DNA of 64,000 nt, taken from contig JAXMNT010000026.1 in NCBI GenBank assembly GCA_034670305.1, positions 40,529 through 104,528 on the forward strand, given 5' to 3'. Both the position numbers and the translations under genes were made by a program. Under the pieces are notes generated by a model that worked only from the letters and a program-made list of their open reading frames with translations, had not been told where the DNA came from and did not search any database. Within the stretch, counting starts at the first letter, position 1; each line of letters opens with the position of its first letter. This stretch comes from Deltaproteobacteria bacterium. GTDB taxonomy: Bacteria > Myxococcota_A > Polyangia > Polyangiales > Houyiibacteriaceae. This document shows, in pieces, positions 1 through 9,767 of this stretch.

Positions 1-129
1 GTCGGCTTCGGCGTCGGCATCGGCGTCGGCTTCCGCTCCGTCCGCTTCCGCCTCCGCCACCGCGTCCGCCACCGCCACCGCGTCCACTTCCGCGTCGCTC
101 CCGCTCCCCGCGTCCGCTTCCGCTTCCGA
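1..129. repeat. Degenerate hexamer-period low-complexity tract (gtcggc/ttccgc/caccgc), cut by the window edge
   Basis: Directly visible 6-nt periodicity immediately downstream of the stop codon of the minus-strand gene ending at 130. Confidence 0.7.
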
Positions 130-1278
130 CTACCAGGTGATGGTCACGCTGCCCGGTTCGCCTACGTTGCCCGCGGTGCCGGTGGTCTCTCCGAAGCCGC
201 CGGCCGTGCTGCCCAGCCCGCCGGCCCCGTCGGACGCGGTGCCGAGGAATCCGCCGACCCCGCCCACACCCGGCACACCACCCGCGCCGCCGGCCGGGGC
301 GAGCGCTCGAATGATGCCTGTCCCCGCCGTGTTCTCCACGGGACCGCCGGCCGCACCGCCGTCTCCGCCGTCGCCGCCGCGCACCGCGGCAAGTGCCACC
401 ACATCGCACGGACGGATGACCAAGGTCGCACCGCCACCGCCACCGCTGCCGCCCGATCCACCCGTCGCCGCTTGTCGGTCGGGCGTGTTCGTGCCGCCGC
501 CGGTGGTGCCGCCGCTGCCGGGTCCCGCGCCATGTCCGCCCACACCTGCGGGTCCGCCAGGTCCACCGAAGTACCCCGCGCCGCTCATGTTCGCGTTGCG
601 GCCCGGCTGTCCGCCGGCGCCACCGTAGCCAGTGCGGATCGTGAGGCGCTCGCCGGGCACCACCGAGACCGTCTCCGTCGCCGACGGCCGCGCTTCGCCA
701 TCGGCGCCGGGGTTGCCGACCACCCGCTGGGCGCCGCCGCGACCGATGCTGTAGCCGCCCCCGCCACCGCCGCCGCCACCGCCGCCGAACACGGTGATGG
801 TGATCGAACAGACTCCGTCGGGCACGACGAACTCGAGGTCTTCGTTGGCCGGCGCGATCTCGATCGAGCCAGTAGGCGGGTCGTCGCACACCGGTGCGCC
901 GGCGTCTGGGCTGCAGGTGCTGGCGTCCATCGGCGCGTCGATGCCGCCGTCCAGATCCGCGTCCATCTCCATCCCGGCGTCCAGGTCGTCCGCGTCCATG
1001 AACCCGCCGTCCATGTCGACCGCGCCGTCCATCTCGACCGACGCGTCGTCGAATGCGCCGTCGGCGACATCGCTGTCGCGGTCCATGGCGCCGTCCGCCC
1101 GCGGTGGCGCGTCGGTGCCCGCGTCCCGGGGGGTCGCGGCGTCGAGGCCGCCATCGACCGTTCCGCCGCCGGCGTCCACGCCCGCATCCACGCCCCCGCC
1201 GGTGTCGTCGTCTCCGCACGCCAACGCGCCGACCAGACACAACACCCACGTCAGCTGAACCAGCTTCGTTCCTCGCAT
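130..1278 (-). CDS. Lipoprotein with acidic DAG/DGG-rich linker and C-terminal glycine-rich (polyglycine-II type) domain
   Basis: Start moved to ATG 1278 (MRGTKLVQLTWVLCLVGALA-C lipobox); FVVPDGVCSITITVFGGGGGGG...VVPGERLTI..G.GG...GSVTITW pattern typical of Gly-rich domains. Confidence 0.75.
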   Translation of the reverse strand: MRGTKLVQLTWVLCLVGALACGDDDTGGGVDAGVDAGGGTVDGGLDAATPRDAGTDAPPRADGAMDRDSDVADGAFDDASVEMDGAVDMDGGFMDADDLDAGMEMDADLDGGIDAPMDASTCSPDAGAPVCDDPPTGSIEIAPANEDLEFVVPDGVCSITITVFGGGGGGGGGGGYSIGRGGAQRVVGNPGADGEARPSATETVSVVPGERLTIRTGYGGAGGQPGRNANMSGAGYFGGPGGPAGVGGHGAGPGSGGTTGGGTNTPDRQAATGGSGGSGGGGGATLVIRPCDVVALAAVRGGDGGDGGAAGGPVENTAGTGIIRALAPAGGAGGVPGVGGVGGFLGTASDGAGGLGSTAGGFGETTGTAGNVGEPGSVTITW

Positions 1279-1390
1279 CCTCAACCCCCTACAAGCCAAC
1301 CCGTCCGGCCTCGTTCCTCTGCGCTGGAGCCCACCGCGGGTGCCGCGTGAGTGTATCAATGAGGCCGGAGGATCGCGACCGACCCCCGCC

Positions 1391-3745
1391 CTACTCCTCC
1401 GCGGCTGCGCGTTCCTCGCGCGCGCGCCGCTGGGCCTCGATCGCCCAGTACACCGCTTCGGGTGTCGAGGGACACGCGACGTCGACGCGTTCCGCGCCGC
1501 TTCCGAACGCCGCCACCGCGGCGCGGATCGCTTCGCGTGCGCTGAGCGCGAGCATCAACGGAGGTTCGCCGACGGCTTTGCTGCCGCCGATGACCGTCGG
1601 TTCGGTCGCCCGCGGCATGAGCTCCACGTGAAACGCCTCCGGGCATTCGCCGAGGGTCGGCAACTTGTACGTGCTCGCCCCGCGGGTGCCGAGCCGGCCG
1701 GTCTTCGCATCCCACACGAGCTCTTCGCGGGTGAGCCAACCGAGGCCTTGCATGAAGCCGCCTTCGACCTGGCCGCGGTCGACGAGCGGCGAGAGCGAGT
1801 CGCCGACGTCGTGCAGAATGTCGACGCGTCGAACGTCGTACTGGCCGGTGAATCCATCGACTTCGACCTCGGTCACCGCCGCGCCGTACGCGAAGTAGTG
1901 GAAGGGTTTGCCGACGCCTTTGGCTTCGTCGTAGTGGATGTTCGGGGTGCGGTAGTAGCCGGTCGCGAAGAGCCGCACCCGCTGCAGGTACGCGGTCTTG
2001 GCGATCTCGCCGAAGGACTTCTTCTCGGACGCGCGCCCGACCGGATGCACGAAGCCGGCGCTGAAGACGATGTCATGTGCGGCGCATCCGAAGAGCGCAC
2101 CCGCCACGCCCGCCAGTCGTTCACGGATCGCGTCGCACGCGTCCCGCACCGCCGCGCCGTTGAGATCGGTCCCGCTCGACGCCGCCGTGGCACTGGTGTT
2201 CGGCACCTTGTCGGTGCGGGTCGGCATCATGCGGATCGCCGGAAGGTCCACGCCGAGCGCGTCCGCCGCGATCTGCAGCATCTTCGTGTGCAGCCCCTGG
2301 CCCATCTCGGTGCCGCCGTGGTTAAGCTGCACCGAGCCATCCGCGTACAGCAGGACGAGCGCGCCCGCCTGGTTGAAGAACGCGGTGGTGAAAGAGATCC
2401 CGAACTTCACCGGCGTGATCGCGAGGCCGCGCTTCTTGTGCGGGTGGATCGCATTGAACGCTTCGATCGCTGCCAGCCGCGCCTCGAACTCGGACGACTG
2501 CGTGAGGCTCTGCCAGATGTCGCGCGCCCGCCCGGCGTCTTTGATCAACATGCCGTAGTGGGCGTGGTCCCCTTCTTCGATCAGGTTCGCCGCGCGCACG
2601 ACGTGCGGCGCCAAACCGGTGGCGCGCGCGATGCGGTCCATGATCTCTTCGATCACGACCATGCCCTGCGGGCCGCCGAATCCGCGGAACGCGGTCTGCG
2701 AGGTCTTGTGGGTTTTGCAGACCCGGCCGCGGACCCGCACGCTCGGCAGCTTGTAGGCGTTGTCGACGTGGAACATCGCGCGGAAGAGCACCGGCTTGCT
2801 CAGGTCGAGGCTCCAGCCGCCGTCGCTGAACAGCTCGATGTCCGCTGCGAGCAAACGGCCGTCCTCCGCGAACGCCACGTCGTAGCGGCCGAGGAAGGGA
2901 TGGCGTTTGCCGGTCATCACCATGTCGCGCTGACGGTCGAGCCGGAGCCGCACGGGCCGCCCGGTCTTCACCGCGCCGAGCGCGGCCACGCACGCCCAGA
3001 GGTTGGCCTGCACTTCTTTGCCGCCGAACGCGCCACCCATCCGGAGCGACTGGCAGGTGACCGCGTGTTTCGGGACCTCGAGCACGCGCGCCACGATCGC
3101 CTGGGTCTCGGTCGGGTGCTGGGTGCTCGCGTGCACCATCACCTGGCCGGACTCGTCCAGGTAGACGAGCGCCGCCTGCGACTCCAGGTAGAAGTGTTCC
3201 TGACCGCCGACGAACACCTCGCCGCTGAGCCGCTCGCCCGCCGAGAGCGCCGCCTGCAAGTTCTCGGCGCCGTCCGCGAGCCGCTCGATCGTCAGCGCTT
3301 CGGTGTGAAAGCTCTCGTGTGCGATCGCGGCTTCGATGCTCAAGATCGGATCGAGCGCTTCGACCTCGACGGCGACCTTCGCCGCGGCTTGGCGTGCTTC
3401 GGGTTCGGATTCGGCGAGCACCCACGCGACGGCCTGTCCATGGAACTGGACGACCGCCGGGAACATGTCTTCGTCCAGCGTCGCGGCGCCGATGTTGGCA
3501 TCCGGCGCGTCGTCGCGCGTGAGCACGGTGGCGACGCCGGGCATCGCGAGCGCGGCGGACGCGTCGACCGACACGACCCGCGCGTGGGCGACGTCGACGC
3601 ACACCGGCCAGGCGTGCAGCACGTTCGCCATGCGGGGTGCGATGTCGTCGGTGTAGAGCGCGGCGCCGGTGACGTGCTCGGCGGCGGACTCGTGCGGGAT
3701 CGCGAGACCCACCTGTCGTTTCTTCGTGATCGCGCCGGAAGTCAT
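1391..3745 (-). CDS. xdhB: Xanthine dehydrogenase molybdopterin-binding subunit
   Basis: Start MTSGAITK at 3745 overlaps xdhA stop (ATGA); motifs HESA..HVTG.A.YTDD, GGQEHFYLE, RMGGAFGGKE, AFRGFGGPQG, GGTEMGQGL, SKAVGEPP. Confidence 0.95.
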   Translation of the reverse strand: MTSGAITKKRQVGLAIPHESAAEHVTGAALYTDDIAPRMANVLHAWPVCVDVAHARVVSVDASAALAMPGVATVLTRDDAPDANIGAATLDEDMFPAVVQFHGQAVAWVLAESEPEARQAAAKVAVEVEALDPILSIEAAIAHESFHTEALTIERLADGAENLQAALSAGERLSGEVFVGGQEHFYLESQAALVYLDESGQVMVHASTQHPTETQAIVARVLEVPKHAVTCQSLRMGGAFGGKEVQANLWACVAALGAVKTGRPVRLRLDRQRDMVMTGKRHPFLGRYDVAFAEDGRLLAADIELFSDGGWSLDLSKPVLFRAMFHVDNAYKLPSVRVRGRVCKTHKTSQTAFRGFGGPQGMVVIEEIMDRIARATGLAPHVVRAANLIEEGDHAHYGMLIKDAGRARDIWQSLTQSSEFEARLAAIEAFNAIHPHKKRGLAITPVKFGISFTTAFFNQAGALVLLYADGSVQLNHGGTEMGQGLHTKMLQIAADALGVDLPAIRMMPTRTDKVPNTSATAASSGTDLNGAAVRDACDAIRERLAGVAGALFGCAAHDIVFSAGFVHPVGRASEKKSFGEIAKTAYLQRVRLFATGYYRTPNIHYDEAKGVGKPFHYFAYGAAVTEVEVDGFTGQYDVRRVDILHDVGDSLSPLVDRGQVEGGFMQGLGWLTREELVWDAKTGRLGTRGASTYKLPTLGECPEAFHVELMPRATEPTVIGGSKAVGEPPLMLALSAREAIRAAVAAFGSGAERVDVACPSTPEAVYWAIEAQRRAREERAAAEE

Positions 3746-5139
3746 TCTGCCGCCTCCGGATGCGCCTCGTGCGCGAGTTTGAGGATGAGCTGAGAGACCA
3801 TCGCGGCGCGGTAGCGCGCGCTGCCTCGGTGGTCGTCGATGGGCGTGAAGGCCGTCTCGAGCAAGGGCACCACGTCGGCCAGCGCGCTCGGATCGAGTGG
3901 TTTTCCAACCAGCGCGGCCTGCGCCGCGTGCGCGCACATCGGAGTCGCGGCGACCCCGCCGTAGGCGAGCCGCGCTTTGGTGATCAGACCGCCATCGGTC
4001 CAGAGCGCGAAGCCCGCGGCGACGGTCGAGATGTCGTCGAGGATGCGCTTGGACACCTTGAAGAAGCGCTGCACGTCCGGGAAGGGTTTGGGCACGATCA
4101 CCGAGCGCACGATCTCGCCCGGCTCGAGCTGGGTCTTGCGGTAGGCGGAGAAGAACCCGTCGAGCGGCACCGTCCGCTCGCCGCCTTTGCGCGCCAGCAC
4201 GAGTGACGCATCGAGCGCGAGGAGCGCCGGTGGTCCATCGCCGATCGGCGACGCGTTCACGAGGTTGCCGCCGAAGGTCGCGCGGTTGCGAATCAACCTG
4301 CTGCTGAAGAGCGGGAAGAGTTCGTCGAGCATCGGAAGGCGGCCGTGCAGCGCTTCTTCCAGGAACGCGAGCGGCTCCCCGGCACCGAGCACGAGCGCGT
4401 CGGCGGTCTCTTCGAAGCCGCGCAGCTCGCCGATCGCGTCCAGCGCGACCAGATGATCGAACCGCCGGTCCATCTGGTTGACCTCGACGACCACGTCGGT
4501 GCCGCCGCCCACGAGTTTCGCGTCGGGCGATGCCTCGAGCAGATCGAAGAGCTCCGCAAGGGTGGTCGGCCGATCGAAGCGCACCCCCGAATGTTCGGTG
4601 CGCAGGCTCGGGACCTCGAGCGCGGGCGACGCGAGCCGCTTCTGGTGCGGGTCCGCCTCCGACGGAGTTCGAAGCGAGACGAGCGCCTCCCGAATCGGGC
4701 GGTACCCAGTGCAGCGACAGAGGTTGCCGCCGATGGACTCGAGATCCGGTTCGCCCTCGACGCGGCCGTCCCGGTAGAACTCCGCGAACATGCTGACGAC
4801 GAAACCCGGCGTGCAGTAGCCGCACTGCGAACCGCCGCGCTCGACCATCGCCGCCTGCACCGGATGGAGGGCCGACGGGTCCTTCGCGATGCCTTCGACC
4901 GTCACGACCTCTTCGCCATGCACCGATGCGGTGAGCATCAGACACGCGTTCATCGGGACGTAGCGGGTCTTGCCGTCCGGTCCGGTGCGCACGAGCGCCA
5001 CCGCGCACGCGCCACACTCGCCTTCGGCGCAGCCTTCTTTGGTGCCGGTCCAGCCGCGGTCGCGGAGGAAGTGAAGAAGAGGAAGGTGGGGGTCGACGTC
5101 TGTCTCGATCGCCTCACCGTTGAGTCGGAACCGGATCAT
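3742..5139 (-). CDS. xdhA: Xanthine dehydrogenase small subunit (2x[2Fe-2S] + FAD domains)
   Basis: GTKEGCAEGECGAC, SQCGYCTPGF, GNLCRCTGY, IRNRATFGGNLVNASPIGD, KVSKR..DDIS; adjacent to xdhB. Confidence 0.95.
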   Translation of the reverse strand: MIRFRLNGEAIETDVDPHLPLLHFLRDRGWTGTKEGCAEGECGACAVALVRTGPDGKTRYVPMNACLMLTASVHGEEVVTVEGIAKDPSALHPVQAAMVERGGSQCGYCTPGFVVSMFAEFYRDGRVEGEPDLESIGGNLCRCTGYRPIREALVSLRTPSEADPHQKRLASPALEVPSLRTEHSGVRFDRPTTLAELFDLLEASPDAKLVGGGTDVVVEVNQMDRRFDHLVALDAIGELRGFEETADALVLGAGEPLAFLEEALHGRLPMLDELFPLFSSRLIRNRATFGGNLVNASPIGDGPPALLALDASLVLARKGGERTVPLDGFFSAYRKTQLEPGEIVRSVIVPKPFPDVQRFFKVSKRILDDISTVAAGFALWTDGGLITKARLAYGGVAATPMCAHAAQAALVGKPLDPSALADVVPLLETAFTPIDDHRGSARYRAAMVSQLILKLAHEAHPEAAE

Positions 5140-5333
5140 GGACCGACGACCTTAGCGCAGCCTCGCGATCGGTCGAAGCCGATTCCTGGTCGGCCTCCCT
5201 CGCGCCACGTGCGCTCCACGAACCGTCTCGCGAAGCGCGGTCGCGAACGACGAGACAGTCGACTGCTGATGAAGTCGCACACGAACCATCTGAGTGCCGT
5301 CTGCCGCGCCAGCCGGTGCAGGGCGGCCGAGCG

Positions 5334-6776
5334 TCAGCTGCTCAAGAAGACGTACGCGAGCAGACCGAAGGCCGCGACCATCACCGGCCAGAGCAGCCAG
5401 TAGTAGGTCTCCACCTTCTCGTCGGTGAGACTCAGCCGGCCGACTTCTTCCTCAGGCGCGTCTTCTTCCGCATCGGAGTCCAGGGGAGCCGCGGGCGACT
5501 GTGGCGCGGCGGCGGGGGCAGCCGATGGGAACGCGGGGGCCGCGGCGAATGCGGGCGCGGACACAGGCTCGGCCGGGTCAGGCGACGAAACCGCCACGTC
5601 CACGACCACGGGTGCTTCGGCCACGCGCGGATCCCTGGGGTTGATCGTTTCGACCACTTCGACGACGGCGCCGGGCATCTCGGGTGGCGGACCCGGGTCG
5701 GTGATCCGCGATTCGACCGGAGGCGAGAACGTCGCGACCGCGGGTTTCGGGGAGGCCGCGGGCGGGCGTTCGCTCTGCCGCCGCGCCTCTCGAGCCACAT
5801 CCGTGCCGGGGATGCCCATGATCGTCTTGGCCGCGCGGCGCGGGGGGGCGGGCGAAGCCGGCGGATCCTCGAAGTGCTCGGGCGGCTTGAAGTCCATGAC
5901 CGTCGCCCACTCCTGCCGCTTGGAAGCGGTGGGAATCGGGAACGTGCCGGAGGTCTCGATGTGTTTGGCGGCGATGCGGGAGCGCTGCGCGCCGGTCGTC
6001 GCCATCAACACCCGGTCGAGGAAGTCGTCGAGGTTGGCCCAGCGCACGGTCGGAGTGTGGTCGAGCGCCGTCGCGACGATGTCCACGAGCGCGCGCGGCA
6101 CGTAGGGTTCGGACGCCAACGAGCGGGCGTCGCCGCGCAACTTGGCGCCCATGCGGTCTTCGGAGGTCGCGCCGGCGAATGGAAGCTTCTCGGTCAGCAG
6201 CGTGAAGAGGACCGACGCGGCACTGAACACATCGGAGCGCGCATCCATCTGGCCGCGCTCGATCGTCTCGGGCGCACGCGCTTCGACCTGAGAGGTGGCC
6301 CCCTCTTTCCAGTCGAGCGGGAGCAATGCGTCGTAGGGCAGGGCGAACGCCCGGCCGGCGTCCGTGAGTACGATGGCCTCGATGCCGAGCGGCAGCCCAA
6401 CCACCCCTTGCTCGGCGAGCGCAGCAATGCCCGAGTAGGCCTCCACGAACATCACGATGCGGTCTCGAACGCTCTCAGGCATCGCCTCGGAGAACGGCGC
6501 TGCAGCTCCGTCGACCCCGTCGAGGACCGCGAACATCACGTCGTCGTACTGCTCGATCGCCCGGAGCGAGATCAGGCTCGGGTGCCGCAGCTCCGTGAGC
6601 TGTCGCGCCTTGCGCGCCTCGTCGGTGTCCGGTTTGGGCAGCACCTCACACAGGGACACGTTCTCATACGTGCGGGTGTCGATCGCCGCGCGGTAGATGC
6701 CCTGTCCCCACGCCCGTTCGGCGAGCAGGTGGTACGGACCGACCACATCGCCGACGCTCAGACGATCTCTGGCCAT
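5334..6776 (-). CDS. Degenerate Ser/Thr kinase-fold protein (probable pseudokinase) with Pro/Ala-rich linker and C-terminal TM helix
   Basis: LRHPSLI, APE and DARSDVFS subdomain remnants present, HRD and DFG absent; C-terminal hydrophobic YYWLLWPVMVAAFGLLAYVFL; start could be 6776 or 6791. Confidence 0.7.
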   Translation of the reverse strand: MARDRLSVGDVVGPYHLLAERAWGQGIYRAAIDTRTYENVSLCEVLPKPDTDEARKARQLTELRHPSLISLRAIEQYDDVMFAVLDGVDGAAAPFSEAMPESVRDRIVMFVEAYSGIAALAEQGVVGLPLGIEAIVLTDAGRAFALPYDALLPLDWKEGATSQVEARAPETIERGQMDARSDVFSAASVLFTLLTEKLPFAGATSEDRMGAKLRGDARSLASEPYVPRALVDIVATALDHTPTVRWANLDDFLDRVLMATTGAQRSRIAAKHIETSGTFPIPTASKRQEWATVMDFKPPEHFEDPPASPAPPRRAAKTIMGIPGTDVAREARRQSERPPAASPKPAVATFSPPVESRITDPGPPPEMPGAVVEVVETINPRDPRVAEAPVVVDVAVSSPDPAEPVSAPAFAAAPAFPSAAPAAAPQSPAAPLDSDAEEDAPEEEVGRLSLTDEKVETYYWLLWPVMVAAFGLLAYVFLSS

Positions 6777-6802
6777 GGATCCCACACGCATGATTTGAAA
6801 AG

Positions 6803-6818
6803 AGCAGGATTCATGCCG
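6803..6818 (-). promoter_or_regulatory. Putative sigma-54 (-24/-12) promoter of the pseudokinase gene
   Basis: Minus strand CGGCATG-AATC-CTGCT, GG-N10-GC spacing. Confidence 0.5.
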
Positions 6819-7002
6819 CAAGTCGAAGGCGGAGGATCACCCCGCAGATCGCGGCCGTCCAGTCCTTCATTGGGGTTTCTGGTCCCCGGATGGAAAGCAT
6901 TGCGTGGTCGGTTGGTGGCGACTGCCCTAGCCACCCCATTCCAAGTGGTTTTCAACGTGACTCTGGGATGCGTGACCACAAGCCCCATGGTAGATCGTTC
7001 AG

Positions 7003-9105
7003 GTGTCGAATGCGTTTCGAATGGGGTGGGTGATCGTCGCGGTGGGGCTCGGCGGCTGCCCAGGCGGTGACGGCGGATTCGTGATCGATACCGAGCAGCC
7101 CGACGGGTCGGTCGTGCCGCCCTACCGGCCGCCGCGTTGCGGGGATGCTGGGGTGGGGGACGCGTCCTGCTCGGACGCGGACATCGTCGTGCCCGAAGTC
7201 GACGCGGGACCGCCGCCGCCGCCGTGCAACGAAGTGACGTTCTCGTTCTCGGGCGAAGCGACCACGGTGTGGGTCAGTGGTTCGTGGCTCGCCGACAGCG
7301 ACGGCGTCTGGCCGACCAACCCGAGCGAAGGCGCGCTCGAGCTCGTCGCGGACGGTGCCGGCTTTTCGCTCACGACGTTGATCGAGCCGATCGAACGCCA
7401 TGAGTACAAGTTCATCCTCGACGGCGCCGACTGGATCCCCGATCCCGACAACCCGAGCCGCACACCGGACGGCGTCGGCGGCGAGAACAGTGTGCTCGAC
7501 GTCTGTGGGGCCGCATGTGGCGACGTCTCGGTCTTCGACTGGCGCGACGCCGTCATGTACTTCGCGATGGTCGATCGCTTCCGCGACTCGGATGGGTCGA
7601 GCGACGAGGTGAGCGGCGTCTCGGGCGGCGATGCGAGCCGCGGTCCGAGTGGACAGTACGAAGGCGGCGATCTGGCGGGCGTGACCGAACGGCTGCCGTA
7701 CCTGGCGGACCTCGGCGTCACCGCCCTCTGGTTGTCGGCGCCCTACGAGAACCGGAACACCGCAGGCGAAGCGATCGATCCCGGATCGGATCCGCACACC
7801 TACAGCGCCTACCACGGGTACTGGCCGTCGCCGGCGAACATCGACTACAGCGACCCGCGCGCGCCCTCCCCGCGCCCACAGATCGAATCGCGCATCGGAA
7901 GCGAAGCGGATCTGCGCACCTTGGTGGAGACCGCGCACGGTACGACCGGCGCCGACGGCCACGGGCTCAAGGTGCTCTTCGACTACGTGATGAACCACGT
8001 CGACTCGGAGAGCGGGCTGTACGCCGCGCACCGCGACTGGTTCGCGACCGACCCGGGCATGGGCGGGCGCATTCGAAGCTGCGGCCGCGAGAACCTCTGG
8101 GACGACCCATACTGGGGCACCCGCTGCGCGTTCACCGACTACCTCCCCCCCTTCGACTTCACGAACACCGACGCCCGCCGATGGTCGATCGACGACGCGC
8201 TCTGGTGGGCGCGCGAGTTCGACATCGACGGGTACCGGCTCGACGCGATCAAACACGTGCCCTTCGAGTGGCTCACGGATCTGCGGGACCGTGTCGACGT
8301 CGAGTTCAGCGACCCGGCGGGCGAACGCTTCTACCTGGTCGGCGAGACCTTCGCGTACGACGACCAAGCACTGCTCGCGGCCTACGTCGATCCCGACGAG
8401 ATGCTGGACGGGCAATTCGACTTCCCGCTCAAGGCGCGGCTCTGCGAAGCGGTCTTCCGCCCAGACGGGGATCTGTCCGCGCTCGCGTCGTTCATGGACG
8501 GCAACGACACCTTCTACGGACCGAGCGCGATCATGACGACGTGGATCGGCAACCACGACATCCCGCGGGCGATCCACTTCGCGAGCGGTGAGATCCCCAA
8601 CTGCCGCGAAGGCTCGAACCCGGGCAACGGCTGGGACTGGGTCCCGAGCCAGCCTTCGGACGCCGCGCCCTACGAACGGCTCGGGGTCGCGTTCGGCGTG
8701 CTCTTCACGAACCCGGGCGTGCCGCTCATCTACTACGGCGACGAGATCGGTCTCGCCGGTGGTGGCGACCCGGACAACCGGCGCACGATGCCGTGGGACG
8801 ATGGATCGCTGAACGCGCATCAACGCGCGCTCCGGGATCTCGTCACGCGGCTCGGCCAAGTGCGGGCGCAGAACCCCGTGCTCTCGCGCGGCCGACGCCG
8901 CACCCTCTCGAGCGCACGCGACACGTGGGTCTTCGCACGCAGCGGGTGCGACGACGAAGTGATCGTCGCCATCAACCGCGCCGACTCCGCACAGAACGTG
9001 AACATTCCGGCGGCGAGCTACGACGAGCTGATCTCGGAGACGACCGTCGAAGGTGGATCGGTGCGTCTCGGGGCGCGAAGCCTGATGGTGCTGCGCGCCC
9101 GGTAG
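7003..9105 (+). CDS. GH13 alpha-amylase family lipoprotein with N-terminal CBM48/Ig-like domain
   Basis: Lipobox GLGG-C; YKFILDG..W.PDPDNP; catalytic regions DGYRLDAIKH, VGET, WIGNHD; GVPLIYYGDE; start 7003 or 7021. Confidence 0.9.
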   Translation: MSNAFRMGWVIVAVGLGGCPGGDGGFVIDTEQPDGSVVPPYRPPRCGDAGVGDASCSDADIVVPEVDAGPPPPPCNEVTFSFSGEATTVWVSGSWLADSDGVWPTNPSEGALELVADGAGFSLTTLIEPIERHEYKFILDGADWIPDPDNPSRTPDGVGGENSVLDVCGAACGDVSVFDWRDAVMYFAMVDRFRDSDGSSDEVSGVSGGDASRGPSGQYEGGDLAGVTERLPYLADLGVTALWLSAPYENRNTAGEAIDPGSDPHTYSAYHGYWPSPANIDYSDPRAPSPRPQIESRIGSEADLRTLVETAHGTTGADGHGLKVLFDYVMNHVDSESGLYAAHRDWFATDPGMGGRIRSCGRENLWDDPYWGTRCAFTDYLPPFDFTNTDARRWSIDDALWWAREFDIDGYRLDAIKHVPFEWLTDLRDRVDVEFSDPAGERFYLVGETFAYDDQALLAAYVDPDEMLDGQFDFPLKARLCEAVFRPDGDLSALASFMDGNDTFYGPSAIMTTWIGNHDIPRAIHFASGEIPNCREGSNPGNGWDWVPSQPSDAAPYERLGVAFGVLFTNPGVPLIYYGDEIGLAGGGDPDNRRTMPWDDGSLNAHQRALRDLVTRLGQVRAQNPVLSRGRRRTLSSARDTWVFARSGCDDEVIVAINRADSAQNVNIPAASYDELISETTVEGGSVRLGARSLMVLRAR

Positions 9106-9266
9106 CACGGTCGCGCCCTGGCGGTCGCCCTGCGGTCGCGCTGATCGCGTTCGATCGCGGATCGGATCGGATCGGGCACGAACACCGGCACGGGTCGGCG
9201 GTCGCGATCGCGCCCACTCCGTTCGCGCTCGATCGGGTCGCCTACCGGGCACACCGAGGGCACACT

Positions 9267-9767
9267 GTGCCCGTGACGACGCCTGACGCCGACCGGATCC
9301 GTGTGAGGGTGGAGACCGAGCCGACCGCAACGACGTGGACCGCCGATGTGGTGACCCGGCGCCCGCAGCGGACCGCGATCGATCTGATCGCACTGGTGAC
9401 CGCCACCGTGACCACCTTCATCCACTCCTGGGGCCGCGGCGTCGGGCTCTGGCTCGTGTGCCTGTGCGTCGCGGCGCTGATGGCGGCGCGACGCGTGTCG
9501 TCCAAGACCCGCGCCGCCAGAATCCGGCTCACCTCCGACACCCTTCACCTCGGCGGGTTGAAGATTCCGCGTGCGGAGATCACCGGCGCGTCGCTCCTGC
9601 CCGACGCGGTCGAAGGCGGAACGACGCTCGCCAAGGTCGAGCTGGTCGGCAACGATCAGAACTACGAGCTTCAGCTTCCCGAACCCGACGCACGCGCATT
9701 GCTCGACGCACTCGACCTCGACCCGGCCCAACGGAAGATGCGGGTGCGAGTCTCGAACACGGCATGA
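9267..9767 (+). CDS. Hypothetical membrane protein (two TM helices plus PH-like beta region); may be the 5' half of a frameshifted gene
   Basis: GTG 9267 preceded by GAGGG; hydrophobic pair LIALVTATVTTFI / GLWLVCLCVAALMAA; ATGA overlap with next ORF. Confidence 0.55.
   Translation: MPVTTPDADRIRVRVETEPTATTWTADVVTRRPQRTAIDLIALVTATVTTFIHSWGRGVGLWLVCLCVAALMAARRVSSKTRAARIRLTSDTLHLGGLKIPRAEITGASLLPDAVEGGTTLAKVELVGNDQNYELQLPEPDARALLDALDLDPAQRKMRVRVSNTA

Noticed and set aside
1340-3793. Long antisense ORFs (also 6952-9393, 15973-17985, 23641-25263, 53947-56076, 58249-61749, 61780-63891)
   Set aside because: Shadow frames expected opposite high-GC3 genes; no recognisable motifs
3746-5017. N-terminal extension of the 1208-aa ORF suggesting an XdhA-XdhB fusion
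   Set aside because: Extension is an Arg-rich off-frame read of xdhA; the real xdhB start overlaps the xdhA stop at 3745
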